Shown here: positions 54,627 through 63,491 of the stretch, piece by piece | How the letters are laid out: every line of letters starts with the position of its first letter | How positions within the stretch are numbered: position 1 is the stretch's first letter | Assembly: GCA_003551305.1 (NCBI GenBank) | Contig: PUMJ01000156.1 | Span: 27,325-91,324, forward strand | Source of the DNA: Candidatus Brocadiaceae bacterium | GTDB taxonomy: Bacteria; Planctomycetota; Brocadiia; SM23-32 | DNA length: 64,000 bases | Reading direction: 5' to 3' | The notes under the pieces: generated by a model | What the model saw: the letters and a program-made list of their open reading frames with translations, nothing else | Told to the model about the DNA's origin: nothing | Database searches by the model: none | Made by a program: the position numbers and the translations under genes

Positions 54627-55187
54627 TTGCACATGGTAAAGAGCATGGAAAACGAAACCGACGGGAGCGTTGAGGTCGCCATTCTGGGCAAGTGTGTGTA
54701 TCTGAAGCCGCTGGGGTTCGCCACCCAGCGCAACAGCCTGGGCATCCCGGAGTTCCTGGACGCCATGTTCCGCACCGGCTGCACGCACGCCGTCTTTGAC
54801 CTGTCCAAGTGCCCGGGCATGGACAGCACCTTCCTGGGCGTCATCGCTGACGCCGCCACGGCCCTGCCCCGGCGCCGCGGCAAAACGGTCACCATCCTGA
54901 ACGCCAATGAGAGGAGCCGGCGCCAGCTTCATCGCGTCGGGCTGATGCCTCTGGTCAGGCTGCACGAGGGGGAGCTTTACCCGCTGGAAGAACTCCGGTT
55001 GCGCAAGATGGACTTCGTGGACTTTCCCCGGAACCGATCTGACAGGCTGGAGAAGATACGCGACCTCCACCAGAAGCTGGTGCGGCTCAACGAGGGCAAC
55101 CAGGAGCTTTTCGGCTCCTTTATCCGCATGGTGGAAGAAGAGCTTGAGCAGAACCGGCGGGCCGAGGAAGAGCAGCGGCAGCAGTGA
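54627..55187 (+). CDS. STAS-domain protein (anti-sigma-factor-antagonist-like) with charged C-terminal extension
   Basis: ...VEVAILGKCVYLKPLGFATQRNSLGIPEFLDAMFRTGCTHAVFDLSKCPGMDSTFLGVIA...; 186 aa. Confidence 0.55.
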   Translation: MHMVKSMENETDGSVEVAILGKCVYLKPLGFATQRNSLGIPEFLDAMFRTGCTHAVFDLSKCPGMDSTFLGVIADAATALPRRRGKTVTILNANERSRRQLHRVGLMPLVRLHEGELYPLEELRLRKMDFVDFPRNRSDRLEKIRDLHQKLVRLNEGNQELFGSFIRMVEEELEQNRRAEEEQRQQ

Positions 55188-55210
55188 CCACATACCAGGG
55201 AGACCGCGCG

Positions 55211-56032
55211 ATGAAGTTCGGCATGTGTAACGAGTTTTGTGAGGACTGGGAGTTCGAAGATGTCTGTGGGCTGGCGGCTTCGGCCGGCTACCAGGGTGTC
55301 GAGATCGCCCCTTTCACCCTGGCGGACTCGGTGGAGGACATCACCTGGCAGCGGCGCCAGGACCTCCGCAGCACCGCCGCCGACCACGGGCTGGAGATTA
55401 TCGGGCTGCACTGGCTGCTGGTCAAGCCGGAGGGGCTGCACCTGAACTCCCTCGACCCCACCGTGCGCAAGCGCACCGTGGACTACCTGCGGGCCGAGGT
55501 CGACTTCTGCTCCGACATCGGTGGGCGGGTGATGATCGTGGGTTCGCCCAAGCAGCGCAACGTCCTGCCGGGGCAAGCCTACCCGGAGGTCTGGCAGCGG
55601 AGCATCGAGGTGTTTGGCGGCCTGGCCGAGCACGCCGGGCAACGCGACGTCTGCCTCTGCATCGAGCCGCTGGGCGCCAACGAGACGAACTTCATCCACA
55701 CCGCCGAACAGGCGCGCCGCCTGGTCCAGGCCGTCGGGCACCCGAACTTCCAGATGATGCTGGACGTGAAGGCGATGTGCCAGGATGAAGAGCCGATACC
55801 CGACATCATCCGCGCCTCCGCCCCGTACCTGAAGCACTTCCACGCCAACGACGAGAACCTGCTGGGCCCCGGTTTCGGGCAGACGGACTTCGGCCCCATC
55901 GCGCAGGCCCTGCGGGAGATCAACTACGACGGTTACGTCTCGGTGGAGGTTTTCGACTTCTCCCCCGGCCCGCGCAAGATTGCCAACAAGAGTATCGAAC
56001 ACCTGCGCAAGGTCTTCGGCGCGGCCCACTGA
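55211..56032 (+). CDS. sugar phosphate isomerase/epimerase (xylose-isomerase-like TIM barrel)
   Basis: From Met10 (GGGAGA RBS): MKFGMCNEFCEDWEFEDVCGLAASAGYQGVEIAPF...CIEPLGANETNFIHT...HANDENL. Confidence 0.8.
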   Translation: MKFGMCNEFCEDWEFEDVCGLAASAGYQGVEIAPFTLADSVEDITWQRRQDLRSTAADHGLEIIGLHWLLVKPEGLHLNSLDPTVRKRTVDYLRAEVDFCSDIGGRVMIVGSPKQRNVLPGQAYPEVWQRSIEVFGGLAEHAGQRDVCLCIEPLGANETNFIHTAEQARRLVQAVGHPNFQMMLDVKAMCQDEEPIPDIIRASAPYLKHFHANDENLLGPGFGQTDFGPIAQALREINYDGYVSVEVFDFSPGPRKIANKSIEHLRKVFGAAH

Positions 56033-56058
56033 GCATCCATCTGACGGAGTGACGCACC

Positions 56059-57207
56059 ATGGACGACGTCCGCATACTGCTGGAAGGCAACCCGCGAACC
56101 GTAGATTTCTGCCCCGTCAGCGCCCGCGTCGAGAGGGCAGGCAAGGAACTGGAAAGCTGCGAACTGCTGGACGTGGCCGCCGGCCGGCCGGTGCCTTTCC
56201 AGGTCGAGCCCGCCGCCGGCGGCTCGGCTGTCCACTGGCTGGTGGACTCCCTGGCGCCGGGGCAGCGCCGCGAATACCTCCTGCGCGAGGCGGCCGGGCA
56301 GGCCCCCGGCCCGCAGGTTCGCCTCGAGGCCGACGAGGACAATGTGGCCGTCCTCATCGGCGACGAGCTCTTTACCCGCTACCTCTACGGGGGGGACGTG
56401 CCCAAGCCCTGCCTCTACCCCCTGATCGGGCCGTTCGGCTCCGGCGTCACACGCGCCTACCCCCAGGAGGAGGTCGAGGACGACTCGACCGACCACATCC
56501 ACCACCGCTCGCTCTACGTGGCCTGGGGCGACGTCAACGGCTCCGACAACTGGGGCGAGCACAAGGGCAGCGGCACCATGGCCCATCGCTACTTCGAGAC
56601 CGTCGAGAGCGGCCCCGTCTTCGGTCGGCTGGTCTCGCTCAACGACTGGCTCGACGCCGCGGGCAACCGCCTGATGCAGGACCGGCTCGAGTACCGCTTC
56701 TACAACGTGCCGGCCAGCTTCCGCCTGCTCGACGTGGACGTGACCTTTTACGCCAGCGACGGGGAGGTCACTTTCGGCGACACCAAGGAGGGCGGCATCC
56801 TGTCGGTGCGGGTCGCCTCCTCGATGGAGGTGGAGCGCACGGGACGGATAGAGAACGCCGTCGGCGGCGTCAACGAGAAAGAGACCTGGGGCAAGCGCGC
56901 AAGCTGGTGCGGCTACTCCGGCATGGTCGGTGACCACGAGGTCGGCATCGCCGTCTTCGACCACCCCTCCAACCTGCGCTATCCCACCTACTGGCACGTG
57001 CGCAACTACGGGCTGATGACGGCCAATCCGTTCGGACTGTCCTTTTTCGTGGACAAGAACGCCGACGGCTCCTACGTGCTGCCCGCCGGGGGGCGGCTGC
57101 GCTTCCGCTACCGCGTCTGCGTGCACGCGGGGGACGCCGCCGCCGGGCGCGTCGGCGACAGGTACCTCAACTGGACCTTCCCCCCCACCGCCACGGTCCA
57201 GGATTGA
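56059..57207 (+). CDS. PmoA-family protein (DUF6807)
   Basis: 382 aa; ...LYPLIGPFGSGVTRAYPQE...DHIHHRSLYVAWGDVNG...NYGLMTANPFGLSFF... matches the PmoA-family arrangement often found next to sugar-phosphate isomerases in Planctomycetes. Confidence 0.55.
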   Translation: MDDVRILLEGNPRTVDFCPVSARVERAGKELESCELLDVAAGRPVPFQVEPAAGGSAVHWLVDSLAPGQRREYLLREAAGQAPGPQVRLEADEDNVAVLIGDELFTRYLYGGDVPKPCLYPLIGPFGSGVTRAYPQEEVEDDSTDHIHHRSLYVAWGDVNGSDNWGEHKGSGTMAHRYFETVESGPVFGRLVSLNDWLDAAGNRLMQDRLEYRFYNVPASFRLLDVDVTFYASDGEVTFGDTKEGGILSVRVASSMEVERTGRIENAVGGVNEKETWGKRASWCGYSGMVGDHEVGIAVFDHPSNLRYPTYWHVRNYGLMTANPFGLSFFVDKNADGSYVLPAGGRLRFRYRVCVHAGDAAAGRVGDRYLNWTFPPTATVQD

Positions 57208-57223
57208 AGGGGGGTCAGAGACC

Positions 57224-58423
57224 ATGGAAAGACCGGGATTGTGGAAGCTGGAGCCGGAAGTCGTCACCAAGCCGTGGGGGTTGGTGCACCAGAGCGCACA
57301 GGATATAACGGGCATCCAGGTGGGCCTGGGTGAGCTGTGGCTGGCCTCGGCCCAAACCGGGCCGGGCAACTATTCCAATACCGTCAGCGACCCCGTGCTG
57401 CGCAGAACGCTTGCCGGGCTGCTGGAGGAGGCGGCGGCCGAGGGTGGCGCAGCCCTGAGGCAACTGCTGGGGCCCCGCGCCCTGCGCCACCTGCAGGAGA
57501 ACCCTCACCGCGGCAAGACCGAGGCCTGGTACGTCCGCATGGCGCAGGGACGCACCGGCGTGGTGGCCGGCCCCCGCACCGCCGAGGACGCCGAGCGCCT
57601 GAAAGAGATCATCCAGACCGACGGGCTGCGCCCGGACATCGAGTCATGGTCGGAGGAGGTCCGGCAGCTGTTGGGCATCATCGAGCCGCTCAAAGGCGGC
57701 CAGGTCTTCATGGTGCCGGCCGGCACGCTGCACACCATGTTCGCGGTCGGCCCGGACAGCCGCCTCATCATAGACGAACTGCAGCAGGGCTACGGCGAGG
57801 CCCTCCTGCCCACGCTGAGCAAGATACTGCTGGTGCAGGACGACCTGCTGAGCGTGCAGGTCCATCCCGACGACGCGACGGTGGCGGCCGCCGCCGAGGG
57901 GCGGCTGAGCATCCGCCAGAACCTGCAGGAGAACCCGACCGTGCGGGTCTACGACTTCGGCCGGCGCCCCGGCGAGTATCCCGATCTGGGTTTCCGGCTG
58001 ACGGATCCGGGGGCGGGCCTGAGGTTAGCCGAACCCCTGCGGGTCACCGTGGCGCGCGGGCATGCCTGCGAGGTGATGATGGCCGACCCGAACCTGGCCC
58101 GCAACCGCCACCTGCTCGAAGCCGGCGCCCAGGCCGACCTCGGCCCCCGCTACGGCAGCTACCGCGTGCTGCACTGCCTGCGCGGCGAGGTCGAACTGCA
58201 GGTGCCCGGCCGCGCCATGGTGCTTCTGCGGGGCGAGACGGCTTTCGTGCCCGGCTGCCTGGAGGACGACCTGCGCATGATGGCGCGCACCGACTGCGAG
58301 CTGTTCGACGACGCCTTCCCCGATATCACCGTGCTGAGCAGCTTCCTGGGCTGCCGGGGCGTCCAGGCCGGCCAGATAGAGGCCCTGCTGAGCCCACCGC
58401 GCGCCCTGCCGCCACAGGACTGA
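57224..58423 (+). CDS. type I mannose-6-phosphate isomerase-like cupin protein
   Basis: VTKPWGLVHQ...GLGELWLASAQ...GKTEAWYV...SVQVHPDD are PMI type I motifs. Confidence 0.6.
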   Translation: MERPGLWKLEPEVVTKPWGLVHQSAQDITGIQVGLGELWLASAQTGPGNYSNTVSDPVLRRTLAGLLEEAAAEGGAALRQLLGPRALRHLQENPHRGKTEAWYVRMAQGRTGVVAGPRTAEDAERLKEIIQTDGLRPDIESWSEEVRQLLGIIEPLKGGQVFMVPAGTLHTMFAVGPDSRLIIDELQQGYGEALLPTLSKILLVQDDLLSVQVHPDDATVAAAAEGRLSIRQNLQENPTVRVYDFGRRPGEYPDLGFRLTDPGAGLRLAEPLRVTVARGHACEVMMADPNLARNRHLLEAGAQADLGPRYGSYRVLHCLRGEVELQVPGRAMVLLRGETAFVPGCLEDDLRMMARTDCELFDDAFPDITVLSSFLGCRGVQAGQIEALLSPPRALPPQD

Positions 58424-58456
58424 CGGCCCCGCCCCTCCCCGACACGGAACAGAGCC

Positions 58457-59245
58457 ATGGACGAAATGCCGGACATCCTGGCCAGGATATGCCGCGCCAA
58501 GCGCGAGGAAGTGGCCGCGCTCAAGGCGGAAAAAGGCGCCGCCCTCCGCGAAGCCATCCGAAACGCCGGGCCCACCCGCGGGTTCCGCCGCGCCCTAACC
58601 GTCGACGAGACGGTGGCCCTCATCGCCGAGGTCAAGAAGGCGTCCCCCTCGGCGGGCCTCATCCGGCAGGACTTCGACCCCGTCCAGATAGCCCGCGCCT
58701 ACGAGCAGGCCGGCGCCGCCTGCGTCAGCGTGCTGACCGACCGGCAGTTCTTCCAGGGCGAGCCGAACTACCTGGCCCGCATACGCCGCGAAGTGCGCCT
58801 GCCCCTGCTGCGCAAGGACTTCATCCTGGACGAGTCGCAGGTGGTGGAGGCTCGCGCCCTGGGGGCAGACGCCTGCCTGCTTATCGTCGCAGCGCTGGAG
58901 CCCGCCCACCTGACGGAGCTGCTGGCCACCTGCTCGGAACTGCACATGGACGCGCTGGTCGAGGTCCACGACGAGACGGAACTGGAGATCGCGCTGGAGG
59001 CCGGCGCCGACCTGGTGGGCATCAACAACCGCGACCTGCGCACATTCCAGGTCGACCTTCAGACCTCCGAGCGGCTGGCGCCGCACGTGCCCGATGGCGT
59101 CGTCGTGGTGGCCGAGAGCGGCATCAGGATGCCCGACGATGTGCGCCGCCTCAAAGAGTGCGGCGTCCACGGGGTGCTGGTGGGAGAGACGCTGATGCGC
59201 GCCGCCGACGTGGAGGCCGCCGCCCGGACACTGGTGGGCATCTGA
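58457..59245 (+). CDS. trpC: indole-3-glycerol phosphate synthase
   Basis: ILARICRAKREEVAALK...LIAEVKKASPSAGLIRQDFDP...VSVLTDRQFFQG...VGINNRDL: canonical TrpC. Confidence 0.85.
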   Translation: MDEMPDILARICRAKREEVAALKAEKGAALREAIRNAGPTRGFRRALTVDETVALIAEVKKASPSAGLIRQDFDPVQIARAYEQAGAACVSVLTDRQFFQGEPNYLARIRREVRLPLLRKDFILDESQVVEARALGADACLLIVAALEPAHLTELLATCSELHMDALVEVHDETELEIALEAGADLVGINNRDLRTFQVDLQTSERLAPHVPDGVVVVAESGIRMPDDVRRLKECGVHGVLVGETLMRAADVEAAARTLVGI

Positions 59246-59405
59246 CCGTCGCGCCTGCCCAATACCACCCCGGGCCTTCGGAGGGGACAAACTTCGGACA
59301 GGGTGCTCCACGTTCACCCCAGCCGGCCCTCTCAACGGTATTCCGCGCAACGCGCATCCTCTTGCAGCGCCGGGGCCGGCCCCGCAGGCGCGCCCCAAAA
59401 ATTCC

Positions 59406-59433
59406 TTGACATACGCCGGCGGCAGGCTATAAC
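59406..59433 (+). promoter_or_regulatory. conserved promoter of DUF1559-like paralog 1
   Basis: TTGACA - 16 nt - TATAAC, then a 56-nt leader to ATG 59490. Same architecture as at 61591 and 62739. Confidence 0.4.
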
Positions 59434-59489
59434 GGGGATATCGGAAATCGGAGACCAGGACCGCGTCTGACCCAAGGGGAGGGAGGATC

Positions 59490-59981
59490 ATGAGGAAGGC
59501 TGCCGGTGTTCTTGCCGTGGTAATGCTTGCCGGTTTCATGGTGAACGGGGCGGCCCTGGCCGCCGACCCGGCGCAGGCGGCGCCGGCCGATGCGTTCCTC
59601 TACCTCGAGGTCAACCGCCCGGCAGTCCAGGAGGCCCTGGCCATGGCGGCCTTGCCGCCCGTGGTGGGGCTGATCCCGGACCTGGGGCCGTTCCACGACC
59701 CGTTTGGCCACCTGGACGAGCTTCTGGACCAGGAGGCCGGCACCGTCAACCAAGCGGTCCGCGCGCTGCAGCGGGCCGCCTTCTGCGTCGGGCCCGCCGG
59801 CCCGATGTTGCTGGTATCCTTTGACGAAGCGTTCGCCCCCGCCCGGATACTTCCCGACGACGGGGCGGAGGCAGAAGGCGTTCACGCGCTTGATGACTAC
59901 ATGGCGCTGGCCGTCAGGGGACAGATTGTGTGTTTTGCCTCGCCGGAGGTGGGCCGCCGTTTCGTGGCGGGCGATTACTAG
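59490..59981 (+). CDS. secreted hypothetical protein; reading frame continues past an in-frame TAG into the next ORF
   Basis: GGGAGGGAGG RBS; signal peptide MRKAAGVLAVVMLAGFMVNGAALAADPAQA. The TAG at 59979..59981 is followed, with no further stop, by ORF 60039..61463 in the same frame. Confidence 0.5.
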   Translation: MRKAAGVLAVVMLAGFMVNGAALAADPAQAAPADAFLYLEVNRPAVQEALAMAALPPVVGLIPDLGPFHDPFGHLDELLDQEAGTVNQAVRALQRAAFCVGPAGPMLLVSFDEAFAPARILPDDGAEAEGVHALDDYMALAVRGQIVCFASPEVGRRFVAGDY

Positions 59982-60038
59982 GCCCTGGCGGGTCGAGAGC
60001 GCTTCCGTGCGGCACGGCAAGAACGCGGTCGCGCGGAC

Positions 60039-61463
60039 GTGTGGGCTTTCGCCGACGCTCCGGCCCTCATGCAGCTTGCCTTCGCCCAGGCCACGCGCGC
60101 AGAAGCCAAGAGAATGGAACTGGCGGTTGATCTCCTCGGTCTGGACGACGCCGAATACGCCGCCTTCGAATACGCCACGGATGAGCGGGCCGTGAACCTG
60201 ATGCTGAGGCTGGGGCAACCGGCCGACGGAGTCCTCTACCGGTTCCCCGAAGGGGCGCTCGACCTGGTGTCCCTCGTACCGGCGGAGCCGTCCGCTGCCC
60301 TGGTGTTCCGCTGGGACGACCCGGTCGCTTTCCTGGGCGGGGTGCGAGACGACATGATCCGGGTTGACACCACCCACTTTGAGGGTCCATTGGGGGAGGA
60401 CATCGCCGCCGCCGAGGAGGCGCTGGCCCTGAGGTTCGACGATCTGTTCGCGCAGCTTGGCGCGGGCTTCGCCCTCGTGCTGCCCCAGCCCGGCCCGGAC
60501 GGCCTGCTGCGCCCTGAGCAGTCTTACGCCGTCCTGCCGCTGGCGGACAGGGAGGGGTTCCGCGCCTCGCTGGGGCGGATAGCCGCAGCCGTAACGGGCG
60601 CGGCCCCTGCCGAGCGAACCGTGGCTGGCCTGCCGGCCGACTCCCTCATGATGCCGCCGCTGACGGTCGCCTACCTGGAGGACCGGGCCGTCATCGGCCT
60701 GGCCCCGGCCGCCATCGAGGCGTACGCGGCCTGGATCGAGGGCGACGGGCCGCCGATGATGGAAGAGCCGCCGCAGGCCGCCGGCCTGCTTTACCTGGAC
60801 ACGGGCCTGCTGATAAGCAGCTATCCGGAGCCGCTACCCGGCACGCAACTGCATCTCACTCTTGGCCGGACTGACCGGGATGTGCGGCTCACCGCCCGCG
60901 AGGCGGGTCCGCCGCTGTCACTGGGGCAGGCATACAAGGGCTATGCGGCGGTCATGGCCGCCATGCTGATGCCGGCCCTGAGCCGGGCCAGGGGGGAAGC
61001 CGGGAGAGCCGCAGACCGGGCCAATCTCCGCAATATCGGCCTTGCCCTGGCCATGTACAGATCCGAACACGACGAACACTATCCCCCGGGACTGTATGCG
61101 CTGGTCGAGAAGGGCTACCTCCACTCACCGGAGAACCTGGTCTCTCCGGGAGACCCCGACCCTCCCCGCATCGGGCCGCAGGGCTCCCCCTGCAGCTACG
61201 AGTACCCCGGCTCGCTGCCGGCCGACGTGCCTTGGGATGCCGCTGTGGCTTACACGCGGCGGGGCGTCTTCGCCGATGGCCGCCATGTCCTCTTCGCGGA
61301 CGGCAATGTGATCTTCGTGCCGGAGAGCCAGATTGCGAGCGGTTGGACGGGGCTCGGTTCGCTGCAGGAAACCTACAACTGGCTCATGGAGCGGCGAGAG
61401 GAGTGGCCCGAGGACGCCGACCCCGACCGCATCGCGGACTTCTACGGCATGCCGCGGCGGTGA
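60039..61463 (+). CDS. degenerate DUF1559 (H-X9-DG)-like protein with a long N-terminal extension; possible pseudogene or read-through fusion with 59490..59981
   Basis: C-terminal 190 aa (YAAVMAAMLMPALSRARGEAGRAADRANLRNIGLALAMYRSEHDEHYPPGL...GRHVLFADGNVIFV...NWLMERREEWPEDADPDRIADFYGMPRR) are paralogous to 61675..62232 and 62823..63395. The GTG start at 60039 is arbitrary; the frame is open back to 59490. Confidence 0.5.
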   Translation: MWAFADAPALMQLAFAQATRAEAKRMELAVDLLGLDDAEYAAFEYATDERAVNLMLRLGQPADGVLYRFPEGALDLVSLVPAEPSAALVFRWDDPVAFLGGVRDDMIRVDTTHFEGPLGEDIAAAEEALALRFDDLFAQLGAGFALVLPQPGPDGLLRPEQSYAVLPLADREGFRASLGRIAAAVTGAAPAERTVAGLPADSLMMPPLTVAYLEDRAVIGLAPAAIEAYAAWIEGDGPPMMEEPPQAAGLLYLDTGLLISSYPEPLPGTQLHLTLGRTDRDVRLTAREAGPPLSLGQAYKGYAAVMAAMLMPALSRARGEAGRAADRANLRNIGLALAMYRSEHDEHYPPGLYALVEKGYLHSPENLVSPGDPDPPRIGPQGSPCSYEYPGSLPADVPWDAAVAYTRRGVFADGRHVLFADGNVIFVPESQIASGWTGLGSLQETYNWLMERREEWPEDADPDRIADFYGMPRR

Positions 61464-61590
61464 ATCCCCGCCTGGCAAGAGCCGTCTACGGCTGAGGCGC
61501 CCCGAGCGCGGCCGTTGTGTGGGAAATCCGCGTGGTGTGCATTCTCTCTGCGGCGCCCGAGTCAGGCTCGGCGGGTGCGCCGTAACCCTT

Positions 61591-61618
61591 TTGAAATACG
61601 CTCCTTACAGGGTAAGAA
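61591..61618 (+). promoter_or_regulatory. conserved promoter of DUF1559-like paralog 2
   Basis: TTGAAA - 16 nt (tacgctccttacaggg) - TAAGAA, then a 56-nt leader to ATG 61675. Confidence 0.35.
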
Positions 61619-61674
61619 GGAGATGTCGGCAGCCGGGCGCCGGGACCTTGTCCGCTCAAGCGGGGGAGGGAACA

Positions 61675-62232
61675 ATGAGGAAGACCTTCCGCGTGGTTGG
61701 CGTGGTGATTCTCGCGGCTTTGGCGGTATTGTTGGCCGTCATGATAACACCGTCGCTTTTGGAGCCTCGGCGCAGGTCAAATGACCGCTCCAATCTTCGT
61801 ATGGTCGGCCTTGGACTGGTTCTTTACGGGTCCCAGCACGAGGGGCGTTTCCCCCCGGGACTGCATACGCTGGCAGAGGAAGGGCACATCGATTCGCCGA
61901 GGAGGTTGGTCTCGCCGGGGGACTCCAACCCTCCCAGTATCGGGCCGCAGGGCTTTCCGTGCAGCTACGAGTACCCGGGCCCACTGCCGGTTCGTGTGCA
62001 CCGGGGAATCGCTGTGGCTTACACGAGGCGGGGCGTCTTCCCCGACGGCCGCAATGTCCTCTTCGCCGATGGCAGTGTGCGCTTCGTGCGAGAGAGTCAT
62101 TTTTCGCGCGGTTGGACAGGGCGCGTTTCGCTCCAGGACGCATACAACTGGCTGATGGAGCGGAAGGAGTATCTGCCGGAGAACGCCGACCTGGACCGCA
62201 TCGCCGACTTCTACGGCATGTCCCGGCCGTAA
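61675..62232 (+). CDS. degenerate DUF1559 (H-X9-DG)-like small membrane-anchored protein, paralog 2
   Basis: From Met115 of track ORF 61333 (GGGGGAGGG RBS): MRKTFRVVGVVILAALAVLLAVMITPSLLEPRRRSNDRSNLRMVGLGLVLYGSQHEGRFPPGL...DGRNVLFADGSVRFV...NWLMERKEYLPENADLDRIADFYGMSRP. Confidence 0.6.
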   Translation: MRKTFRVVGVVILAALAVLLAVMITPSLLEPRRRSNDRSNLRMVGLGLVLYGSQHEGRFPPGLHTLAEEGHIDSPRRLVSPGDSNPPSIGPQGFPCSYEYPGPLPVRVHRGIAVAYTRRGVFPDGRNVLFADGSVRFVRESHFSRGWTGRVSLQDAYNWLMERKEYLPENADLDRIADFYGMSRP

Positions 62233-62738
62233 ACCCGGCTCCGAGACCCCCCGGCTATGGCCGAGGCATCCGCGTTGCGGACTGTGACGCCGTCTTTGCC
62301 GGGAGGAAAGGCTGGGTAGTTTCCGCTGCCGGCAAGCCGGCGTACCTGTTTAGCGTGTATTCGATCCGGCGGATCGCAGGGGCAAGGATGCCCCCGCGTG
62401 GCCGGCAGGGATGCCGGCGCTACAAACGGTCGGGAAACGCAGCTCCCCACGTAGCGCCACCTTCCAACCTTCGCCTCCAGCGAACGCTGGCCACCTGCGG
62501 GCATCTTGCCCGCAGTAAAAGGCGCACGCTAAACAGGTACAAGCCGGCAGTCGAAAGAGCGGCGGCAAGCCGCCGCAATCCAGGGGCCGCTGCCCGCGCA
62601 CGCACGGGCCTTCGGAGGGGCAAGCTTTGGACCGGGTGCTCCACGTTCACCCCACGCGGCCTTCTCACCGGCATTCCGCGCAAGGCGCACCTTTTCGCAG
62701 CGCCCGAGCACGGCCCCGCAGGCCGCGCTCTAACCCTC

Positions 62739-62766
62739 TTGACATAAGCTCCTTACAGGGTATAAA
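62739..62766 (+). promoter_or_regulatory. conserved promoter of DUF1559-like paralog 3
   Basis: TTGACA - 16 nt (taagctccttacaggg) - TATAAA, then a 56-nt leader to ATG 62823. Confidence 0.4.
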
Positions 62767-62822
62767 GGAGATATCGGCAGTCGGGGACCGGGACCGCGTC
62801 TGCCCCAAGGGGAGTAGGAACC

Positions 62823-63395
62823 ATGAAAAAGACCTTCCTCGTGGTTGGCATGGTGATTCTTTGGGCTTTCGTGGGCGCGATGGTTCTCATGATGATCTGG
62901 TCGCACCCGTCCATCCTGAGGACGGGGCCCCGGCGTAGACCGACTGACCGCGGCAATCTCCGCAATATCGGGATCGCCCTTTCGATGTACAGGTCCGTGC
63001 ATGAGGAGCCCTATCCCCCGGGACTGCATACGCTGGTGGAGGAGGGGTTCCTCCAGGGCCAGGAGAGCCTGGTGTCCCCGAACGACCCCGACCCTCCCCG
63101 CATCGGGCCGCAGGGCTATCCCTGCAGCTACGAGTACCCGGGCCCGCTACCGGCCGACGTGCCCCCGGATTTCGTAGTGGCTTACACGCGGCGAGGCGTC
63201 TTGTCCGAGGGCCGCAATGTCCTCTTCGCCGATGGCGCTGTGGTCTACGTGCCGGAGAGCGACATTGCGCGCGGCGAGACAGGGCGCGTTTCGCTCCAGG
63301 ACGCATACAACTGGCTCATGGAGCGGAAGGAGGATCTGCCGGAGGACGCCGACCTGGACCGCATCGCGGACTTTTACGGCGTGCCGCGGCCCTGA
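62823..63395 (+). CDS. degenerate DUF1559 (H-X9-DG)-like small membrane-anchored protein, paralog 3
   Basis: MKKTFLVVGMVILWAFVGAMVLMMIW...RGNLRNIGIALSMYRSVHEEPYPPGL...GRNVLFADGAVVYV...NWLMERKEDLPEDADLDRIADFYGVPRP. Confidence 0.6.
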   Translation: MKKTFLVVGMVILWAFVGAMVLMMIWSHPSILRTGPRRRPTDRGNLRNIGIALSMYRSVHEEPYPPGLHTLVEEGFLQGQESLVSPNDPDPPRIGPQGYPCSYEYPGPLPADVPPDFVVAYTRRGVLSEGRNVLFADGAVVYVPESDIARGETGRVSLQDAYNWLMERKEDLPEDADLDRIADFYGVPRP

Positions 63396-63491
63396 ACCCA
63401 CGGCGGCGGGGCATGTCCCCCGGCGGCGCTTGACTTCCGGGGCGTGCCCGATTACTAAGGGGACGCTGCATCTTCCCGTAAGGAGGCCTTC

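Noticed and set aside
59151-59357. Minus-strand ORFs 59151..59357 and 62529..62711 with similar peptides (ARNTVERAGWGERGAPCPKF / ARNAGEKAAWGERGAPGPKL)
   Set aside because: They lie within the duplicated upstream block of paralogs 1 and 3. The substitutions are mostly non-synonymous and scattered, consistent with neutral divergence of non-coding DNA rather than a conserved protein.
60039-60041. GTG at 60039 as the genuine start of the first DUF1559-like paralog
   Set aside because: There is no RBS. The frame is open upstream through a single TAG to the signal-peptide ORF. It is kept only as a coordinate convention.
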